A stretch of DNA of 64,000 nucleotides from Octopus vulgaris. Lineage: Eukaryota. How positions within the stretch are numbered: the first letter of the stretch is position 1; each line of letters opens with the position of its first letter. The notes under the pieces are model-generated. The model saw only the letters and a list, made by a program, of their open reading frames with translations. It searched no databases and was not told the origin of the DNA. A program made the position numbers and the translations under genes. Below, in pieces: positions 54,437 through 64,000 of this stretch. The stretch is taken from the NCBI GenBank assembly GCA_951406725.2, contig OX597822.1:105586001-105650000 (forward strand). Direction: 5' to 3'.

Positions 54437-54834
54437 TCTTTATATATAAAAGAGGGGTTGTGTGCTGTCTGTCTCCTACGATTTAGATTCCTAACTACTC
54501 CCACATTTTGCGGTGCAGTTTAACCAAAACCGGGTATCTTACAGTCGTGATTCATATCGAGCCCTTCTGGGTATTAGCGCGCGTCTACGATGAGTCTACG
54601 ATATAAAAAAAAATTACCATCAATTTTTCCCATTTTTAATGCATTTTTGGCATATATAAGGGAAGTAACTCTCTAAAAATTTATTATTAAATCTTAGAAC
54701 ATAAAAAGCTACAGTAACACCCCTCCTCCTTTGTGGTTAGCCATATTGAGATGGCTATTATACTTTACATCTCTAAAAATGCTTATATAGTTATTTCCCT
54801 TACGAACCCGAGCAACGCCGGGTGATACTGCTAG
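54437..54834 (+). mobile_element. Non-autonomous Helitron-like element
   Basis: A|TC start, hairpin, CTAG|T end, no TSD. Confidence 0.88.
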
Positions 54835-55054
54835 TTAATACTATTGTAGTAATTATTTAATTATTGTTTTATCCACCGCTTTATTGTATGTGTACTGAAG
54901 TAAGTTCTTATTGACGTTTTATAAGCAAAAAATGTAGATGCTTCAGTTTTGGCTGCTTTCCACGCGTTCGTTTTTGTTTCCATAAAATAGGAGTAAATAC
55001 ACTTAGCTCACACACACACACACACGTGTCTGTCTATGCGTATGTGTGAGTGTA

Positions 55055-55090
<36 letters not shown>

Positions 55091-55150
55091 TGTGAATGTA
55101 TGTCTATATATATAGTTTTTGTGTTCATTTATATACACACACACACACAG

Positions 55151-55183
<33 letters not shown>

Positions 55184-55242
55184 TATATACATATATGTGT
55201 GTGCGTGTGTCTGTTTATGTGTGTATATATATATATATATAC

Positions 55243-55469
55243 CGGCGGCGAGCTGGCAGAAACGTTAGCGCGCCGGGCGAAGTGCTTAGCGGTATTTCGT
55301 CTGTCGCTATGTTCTGAGTTCAAATTCCGCCGAGGTCGACTTTGCCTTTCATCCTTTCGGGGTCGATAAATAAAGTACCAGTTTCGCACTGGGGTCAATG
55401 TAATTGACTTACTCCCTTTGTCTGTCCTTGTTTGTCCCCTCTATGTTTAGCCCCTTGTGGGCAGTAAAG

Positions 55470-55473
<4 letters not shown>
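55243..55473 (+). mobile_element. SINE family A, full length, inserted in (TA)n
   Basis: Complete head, core and tail. Confidence 0.9.
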
Positions 55474-55509
<36 letters not shown>

Positions 55510-55552
55510 AAATATATATATGTATATATATATATACATATGTATACATATA

Positions 55553-55583
<31 letters not shown>

Positions 55584-55674
55584 GCATATATATATAGATA
55601 TATATGTATATACATATGTATTTGTATATACATACACACACACGCATGCACACACACACACACATATATATACA

Positions 55675-55740
<66 letters not shown>

Positions 55741-56419
55741 TCTGTATGTTCGTATGTAGTTATATGTTATTTTAAGGAAACCAACTTCCTTTCGATAAGG
55801 GGGGAAAAAATAATATTTATATTTTTTCGCTAAAGTTTATAATAACAATAAGAACAATAACTAATTGTGACTGTTTTGACAGGACAAACAAACGGAAAGT
55901 TGTAAAGAATTATTAGATTACTGGTACATCGGGACGCGTCTTTTTTATTGATAACCCTAAAGGTTAGACTTTTCTAGATTCCGAACGACGGAAAAGTAGG
56001 TAACGTCAATAGCTAACCCATTAACACACAATGGATATAGCGAAAATCAATAAGCTTCTGTGTCCTAAAGATTGTTAAAATATTTTTGTTAAATATTCAA
56101 ACATTGTAACATAAGTACTTCATAGTTCTCTAATTATAACTCGTTGTACATAAATATATATATTATATATATATATATATTATATATATATGTGTGTGTG
56201 TGTGTGTGCGTATTATATGGTATGTTATATATGCATATAATTATGCGCATATGTATCTATATGTAAACAGCTATCTATCAATCTCTCTCTCTCCCTCTCT
56301 CTTTCTTTCTTTCTTTCTTTCTTTCTTACACACACATTGAACATAGATATACATTCATATATAATAGTATTATCTATATAGATAGTTAGAGAGATAATTG
56401 AGAGATCTGCATATGTGTA

Positions 56420-56523
<104 letters not shown>

Positions 56524-57932
56524 CTGTTGTAAGTCGAATATTTTTCTCTGGTAATCGGTGTGAAAGAAAGAATGGGTAGACACTCTCATCTGGTATAAAC
56601 CCATTTTAGAGAACTTTATGAAAATATGTTTTCATTTTTTAATCTAATTTCCCAACGATTCATAAATACTTTGATATATTTATTGTTTCCTTATTGTGCG
56701 AAATCTATTGATATAATAATTATATCAGCATATAACATCTCTATGAAACCTATGCTTCAAATGCATTGAATCTCTTTTCAATGTCTATGTTGCATTGTGA
56801 AGATCAAGCTACTACTCGACAGATATTGTGTATGGGGATGATACGTACTTAGAACACAAGGCCTCTGAAGCATGATAAATTCATTAAGCTAGTTAATCTA
56901 AACTTAATCCTCATATTATAGTCATCATTACGCGTTTTTCTTTTAATTTCCTAGATGTAATGCATTGATCAATGAAATTGCTACATATGAAGGGATTTCT
57001 AAAGGAATAATGTTGTAAATGTTTACGCTTCACTGACAAAAGGTCAAATATGTAACTTATTTCTTAGTTGCGGCAACAAGAAAATGGTGCTCATGTGCGT
57101 AATTCGATATCCTTCCGTCCCGTGATTCGATTAACAATGCCAGTAGATAGAGATTTAGCAAACTTTGTATTGAATGATATTTATTTTGTGAGATAAGTGA
57201 GCTTTAATGGCCATAATTTATAAATTGAAATTTCTCATTGGTAACATCCATTAACTTTATATATATTGACCATTAGGAAGACGAACTGCGTATTAGACAT
57301 ATAATAAAGTAATACACAGAATCATTTACTCTCATAAATACTATAATAAACAGTATATTTTAAATACAAAGTAATGAAACAAATATATTAATATATTAAA
57401 TGTGATAAAAGATAGAATGAATCTCAAATGAGGTGAGTTTTCATTAAGCATTCTCTCTTTAACAAAACTTAGTCTCTGGGTAATTCTATTAATGGTAATG
57501 CTGAAATTCTTTAAATGATATTTAAAATGTTTACGGCATTTTTGAAACCGTATTACTAATATATTAATCTACTAAAATGATAAAACACACACTGAAAGCA
57601 TATAAGTTCGCAAAATTGTAGAACAAAGGATATGAAAACCTCAAAATCCCTTTGCTAATTATCTTCATAAATATCAATTAGAAATATACACTCAACGGAT
57701 ACCATTAAGTCTTACTTTCTTATGTAATTATCGAACTGAAAAATACTGCGCCATTCTCTAAAGAGTTCGTGGTTGCGGGGTTAGAAGCTTGCTTCCCAAC
57801 CACATGGTTCCGGATTTAGTTAATCGGTGTGGTACCTGAGGCAAGTGATTTTGCTATAGCCCCGAGCCAACGATAGCCTTTTAAGAGGATTTTGTGGACA
57901 GAAACTGAAAGAAGCCCGTCATATATATATAT

Positions 57933-58161
57933 GTTTCTTTATTACCCACAAGGGGCTAAACATAGAGGGGACAAACAAGGACAGACAAACGAATTAAGTC
58001 GATTACATCGACTCCAGTGAGTAACTGGTACTTAATTTATCGACCCCGAAAGGATGAAAGGCAAAGTCGACCTCGGCGGAATTTGAACTCAGAACGTAAC
58101 GGCAGACGAAATACGGCTACGCATTTCGCCCGGCGTGCTAACGGTTCTACCAGCTCGCCAC
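57933..58161 (-). mobile_element. SINE family A nested in an old family B SINE
   Basis: Flanked by duplicated GCCCGTCATAT(A/T)TATATAT. Confidence 0.9.
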
Positions 58162-58218
58162 CTCGCCCGTCATATTTATATATATATACCTTTATAAATG
58201 TCTGTGTGTGTGTGTGTG

Positions 58219-58261
<43 letters not shown>

Positions 58262-58469
58262 TGAGATGCGTCTATGTTTGTGTTTGTTTCCAATCGCCAC
58301 CGGTGATTTTATGCCGCCTTAATTTAAAGGTAAAACGAAAATGACCCATTGAATAAGTACCGGAATTCTTCTAAAAATATATGCACTGAGATAGATTTAT
58401 TCAACTAGAACAGTTCAAGGTGGTACCCCAGTATAGCTGCAGTCCAATGACAGAAATAAGGAAAAGACA

Positions 58470-58521
58470 AAAGACATAAATCGATTGTCGTAAAGACATA
58501 AATCGATTGTCGTAAAGACAT
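58470..58521. repeat. 22-bp tandem duplication
   Basis: AAAGACATAAATCGATTGTCGT x2 plus partial. Confidence 0.9.
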
Positions 58522-59706
58522 CGGTACATTTATATACTTAGCTTTCATAGGTCAGTATATGTTGAGTTGAAAATAGTCGATGAAGCTAACGTCAATTATT
58601 GTCTGATGTTTGTTTCATCTTCTACTACTGAAACATTAAATGTTTTATCAAGCCCGGGGGTAGTTAAACCTAAAGGGTAATTAACTATGTGCTGGAAGCA
58701 TTTCATTGGGTACCCTGTTAATTTCATCATCCACCGTATCTAGTAGCGTTAGATATTTACGAAGAAATAGGGTACTCTCGAAGCCTGCCCCGAAATAAAA
58801 GAGTCATGCGCTTGAGAAATTTAGTTTTAATGTCATACATTAGTCATTACTCAACACGCAAACTCTTCATGCATCGAATTATGAGCTATTAAAAAAAAAA
58901 ACGCATTTTTACAAATCAAATTTCGGGAAAACGATGTTAGTAAAACACGGTAAACTATTAATTTTATAGAATTCACTATTTTATGAGATTACATTAAAAT
59001 TTACATTAATGCTGAAAAAATTAAATATCAGCTCTTCAACTAACGCTTTTTTTTTTTTTTTTTTTGCTTCCAAACTTGATTTTAATAATGTCAACAACTT
59101 CAGGAAAGAACAAGAGAAAAACAACCTGAATAGAAAGAACACATGCCTTTTGGCAACATATAATATTTCGTTTTTCTAAAACAGCTTCGTCGCTTTATGC
59201 AATTTCTTCAGTTGATGTATATTATTTATTTGGTTAAAATTGGCAATAGTTATATGATGCAACTAAAATATTTCGTTTCAATACATTTATCGCATTTAGT
59301 TATAATAATTTTCATTACATTCATGACATATTGTATAAAGTTCAACTCCAGAACCAAACATTAAAAATATTATGTTTTAGAAGACTACGTTCAATAAAAA
59401 TAACTACGGAGTCTGTGATTTGAAGATGGTTTTATTCGTTGCAGCATTTTTTTAAAGTCTGACAAGTTAATAAATGTAACATTGGTGATTGGACGATTTG
59501 GTTGAAATATCAGCATACAAAAGAGCTGATATGAATCAATCGGTGTCGCAATAAATAGAGTGTGAAAAGAAGACATGTGACAAATTTTTAACAAATATTA
59601 TTTAATGGACCGTAAAAATTAATGCAGATATTTATAATTTGGCTGGATACAAATCTTTATATTTTTACCAGTTGATAATTTGTTTTTACACGACAACAAC
59701 AGCACA

Positions 59707-59743
<37 letters not shown>

Positions 59744-59760
59744 CTAATGATAATAATAAA

Positions 59761-60207
59761 TATTCTGCTCAATGCCACAGATGTGCTTGTCAGTTGTTTG
59801 ACCATATCCAGTTGAGCATGTCCCTTGGTGGCTGACGATATATGCATCTCTGATCATGAGAAGAAGTAGTAGGGGAGCATCAGAGCCATGTGATGAGAGG
59901 AATTTTTTGAGGTTTAAATAATCCACCTCTGGAAGCATGACTGTTTCGTTCAACATTCCTAAACAGCTCTTATTCAGGGACTTTTTGAGCAGGATGAGCT
60001 ACTCGACCAGAAGAAAATTTTAACTGGGCCCCTCACCTGCAAGGTCATGCACTGTTTATCTTGATATGAGATCATCATGTCGCGCACATATGGTTGTAAT
60101 GCATGTGCCTAGTGTACCATTATCAGACGGGTAGTCATGATGGGTTTACTGGGATTCGTATATTTTACCCCAGTGTCACTTTGATGGCATGCATTGCTCT
60201 CTCACTC
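59761..60207 (-). mobile_element. Unclassified interspersed repeat abutting (ATT)n
   Basis: Reverse-complement homolog of 44601-44903, longer at the distal end. Confidence 0.8.
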
Positions 60208-60264
<57 letters not shown>

Positions 60265-61722
60265 TTCTTTTTTGGCCTTAATAGCCGAACACAAAACAAA
60301 AAAGGGGCCAACACAACATAAGGCACATGTAGGGCGTAGCACAAATCTTCGTGAATAATAGTTCTCTCTACCATAGACACAATGTCTGAAACTTTTGGAA
60401 GAGGGCAAGTCGATTACATCAACCCCAATGATCAAATGTTTATTTTAATGTCTCTGAAAACAGTAAAAGCAAAGTGGACCTCGGTGAAATTTAAACTCAG
60501 AACATAAACAGTTGGAATAAATGCCACTTGCAGTTTGTCCGACGCGCTAAAGGTTCACCAAAATCACCACCCTAGTAATTATAATAACTCTTTAAAATTT
60601 TGTCACTTTTAGGGGTGAGATAAATCAATTACTTCGACCCCAGTTCTTGGTCCCCAGTTCTTCTACACCAGTTCTTTTTTTTTTATCGACTGCGAAGAGT
60701 TGAAAGGCAAATTTAACCCCAGTGAAATTTGAACTCAGAACATTAAAGGCCGGGGGAAAATACCGCTAAACATTATTGTTACTGTTGTTGTTCTTGTTTA
60801 GCTTTAAATCATTGCTGAGTAGATCTATAATCAAAAATATTTACCCGTGTTATTTCGAGATTTTAAGAGTATATCTAGCATTTTATTATACAAGGTGTCC
60901 TTTCATTACTTGAGGTAATATATTAGGAATTTTATAAAGACTTCACTGCTATTTCTAGTCATTTCAGAGACTATTTAAATGATTTGTTGTTGGCTTGAAG
61001 GAATATTGATTTCCTACAGAAAAACGTGGCCTCGAATGTGTAAGAAAATGAAGACGTTAGTTTCTTTTCATTGGCGTTGATGCCTTTAGAAAAATATAAA
61101 TTTGATTTGCCAATGTTCACTTTTCGTATTGCAATGAGATAGAGTCAATTGAATCAACAGCGGTGTTTCACTGTCAATTATTGACATCTCTGTGAGTAGA
61201 TACAAAAGGACACTGTGTATTTTCACTTCAGCAGAGTGAGGTAGTGAGGTACACATAGTGTTACTGTAGCAACTATTTCGTCTTCTATTCATCTCTAAGT
61301 ATTTTGCCACATCATTCTGGTGTTACGTTAATTATATATTTTTTATTTCTTTGATTAATAACCATCCGGTCAGAAACGTTGTGTGGAAAGAGGATTATGA
61401 CTGTTATTATTGATGCAATACCTGGTGGATTGTGGGTGAATAGAAGGATTATAATATCAATCAAGAGAGAAGCTACGTCTCAAGCTTAGCGATCGAACAG
61501 CTCTTTGGAAGCTTATGGATTTTGTGAATTAAGTCTATCAGTTAAAGGTAAATGTAAATGATTCACGGGTGTCCATCAGGCTTCTAATAACATTGCTATT
61601 GTAAAATGATCGAATCACCAATTTTAATTTAGTAGAAAATATAATAAAAGAGAACACTTTTAAAGGAGAATAATGAATGTGGGTTTGAACCGAGTTTTCC
61701 TGACAAAACAAATTTTGTGTAT

Positions 61723-62141
61723 GAGTGGCTGTGTGGTAAGTAGTTTGCTAACCAACCACATGGTTCCGGGTTCAGTCCCACTGCGTGGCATCTTGGGCAA
61801 GTGTCTTCTGCTATAGCCCCGGGCCGACCAATGCCTTGTGAGTGGATTTGGTAGACGGAAACTGAAAGAAGCCTGTCGTATATATGTATATATATATGTA
61901 TATGTGTGTATATGTTTGTGTTTCTGTGTTTGTCCCCCCTAGCATTGCTTGACAACCGATGCTGGCGTGTCTACGTCCCCGTCACTTAGCGGTTCGGCAA
62001 AAGAGACCGATAGAATAAGTATTGGGCTTAAAAAGAATAAGTCCCGGGGTCGATTTGCGCGACTAAGGGCGGTGCTCCAGCATGGCCGCAGTCAAATGAC
62101 TGAAGCAAGTAAAAGAAAAAAAAAGAAAAGAAAAAGAAAAT
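61723..62141 (+). mobile_element. SINE family B
   Basis: Homologous to 2967-3389. Confidence 0.9.
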
Positions 62142-62380
62142 AATATATGTATGTGTTTATGTATGTATGTGTGGATGTATGCATCTATAAGCATATAAAT
62201 TTATTGGTGTATGTGTGTGTGTGTGTGTGTGCATGTGTGTGTGTGTGCATGTGTGTCTATTAACTGAATTTCATGACTGCGAGAATAGATGTGTTAATCG
62301 AAGTGAACGCGCAAACTTCTCTGAATATATGTACATATGTGCATGTGTGTGTTAGCGTGTTTGTGTGTGTGTGTGTGTTC

Positions 62381-62416
<36 letters not shown>

Positions 62417-62769
62417 TCCGTGTGCGTGCGCGTTCATTTCAGTCTGCGTCTTTATTCTCTCCGCTACGGCGTGTTCTAGTTCGATAGACGTCTGGTCAAG
62501 TTAAATGAACTGCGAAGTTTTATTGGTCGCAGATGTCATAAAGTTTGTCACATAATGACAATAGACGCCGGAGCATCTTGACACTGGAATTAGACTCCGG
62601 TTAGTTCTAACAGTAACTGGCCTTCCATAGTTTTCTCTTCCTTTTTTTTATTTTAGTTAAAACGTATCCCTCTATCGATGTGTATTCTCGAGTTATCATT
62701 TAAACGCATAATTTTGATACACTTCCTAAAAAATACGACAAAAATCTTCAAATTTCAGCAAATTTCCAT

Positions 62770-63403
62770 ATATATACATACATAAATACATAGATACTTA
62801 TGTACAAATATACATACATACACACGTGCAGATATACACACTCACATACATACATACATACATACATACTTACGTACCCACATACATGCAAACATACATA
62901 CGCACATACAGACATTTATAATTACATACATACGTACAGACACACATGCATACATATATACTTGAATACATACATATACATATACTTGCATGCATACATA
63001 CAAACATACATACATACATACATACATACATACATACATACATACATACATGCATACATACATACATACATACATACATTCATACATACATACATACATA
63101 CATACATTCATACATTCATATATATACATACATACATACATACATACATACATTCATACATTCATACATACATACATACATACATACATACATTCATACA
63201 TACATACATACATACATATACACATACATACATACATTCATACATACATACATACATACATACATTCATACATTCATATATATACATACATACATACATA
63301 CATACATACATACATACATGCATACATTCATACATACATACATACATACATACATACATACATACATACATACATACATACATACATACATACATACATA
63401 CAT
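62770..63403. repeat. Long (TACA)n microsatellite
   Basis: Directly visible. Confidence 0.97.
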
Positions 63404-63404
63404 A

Positions 63405-63582
63405 GGCACTATACATTCTTTATTTTCTCACCTTGTTTCTTTCTGTGTTCCTTTCTGTGGAAGAGCGTAGGCTCGAAATGTTAAAGACTTTTTCACTTCC
63501 CGAGCATTAAACTGTTTGTTGTCTACACCACCTGCCTTTCGTTTTTTTTTTTTTTTTGGTTCTTTTTTTGCGAATACTCCCC
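63405..63582 (+). mobile_element. Short hammerhead-like element, CTGTRGA family
   Basis: CTTT-CTGTGGA-A-GAGC-GTAG-GCTC-GAAAT-GTTA-AAG at 63451-63486; lies between (TACA)n tracts. Confidence 0.7.
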
Positions 63583-63911
63583 ATACATACATACATACAT
63601 ATTGATGAACTCTGCTCTCGTGAACGACAGATAAGGATTCTGAGCTATCTTGCAGAACTGATGATTGTCTAAAGTAATCAAATATTTACACCGTGCATAA
63701 GCTCACCCCCTCCATAAGATCGACATTGCCTTTATAGGTTCACGGGACGCCACTCATTGAATGTCGAAGTGGTCCTTGAGCAATGTGTTTATGGAGTGAT
63801 TTTTTTCCTGAAGACAACGCCCCTCCAGATTAGGAAATTGAAACGGTGATCTTAAGATCGTAACTACAATATCCTAATCACTACTTTCCATATGCATTTA
63901 CATGTGTATGT

Positions 63912-64000
63912 GGAGGCGCAATGGCCTAGTGGTTAGGGCAGCAGACTCGCGGTGGTAGGATCGCGGTTTCGATTCCCAGACCGGGCGTTGTGAGTGTTTA
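63912..64000 (+). mobile_element. SINE family C head, cut by the window edge
   Basis: Near-identical to 16317-16405. Confidence 0.85.

Overview
AT-rich eukaryotic non-coding DNA with very dense microsatellites and interspersed repeats. The repeat content (tRNA-derived SINEs, very long (TA)n/(TACA)n/(ATT)n tracts) suggests a coleoid cephalopod such as Octopus; this is an inference from recognition, not a search result. No intact host protein-coding gene is supportable, and nearly all ORFs in the track are microsatellite or SINE artefacts. The only clear coding sequence is a 5'-truncated, frameshifted CR1/L2-group LINE reverse transcriptase (48631-50598), plus small LINE and probable hAT relics. 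The window holds at least four SINE families (one forming precise 184-bp head-less multimers), about seven non-autonomous Helitron-like elements and a 141-bp foldback. The main observation is a set of about 12 short elements from roughly 7 sequence families, nearly all abutting (TA)n or related tracts. Each carries a type-I hammerhead ribozyme-like fold with a short, usually palindromic stem III (Penelope/retrozyme type). These include family-fixed core variants (U4C, A6U) and one compensatory G3-C8 core. One of them sits in a partial-tandem plus inverted structure inside a 1.25-kb palindrome built from the LINE 5' end. A strong recursive-splicing-type AG|GTAAGT site at 36537/36538 suggests the window lies in a very long intron of a + strand gene.
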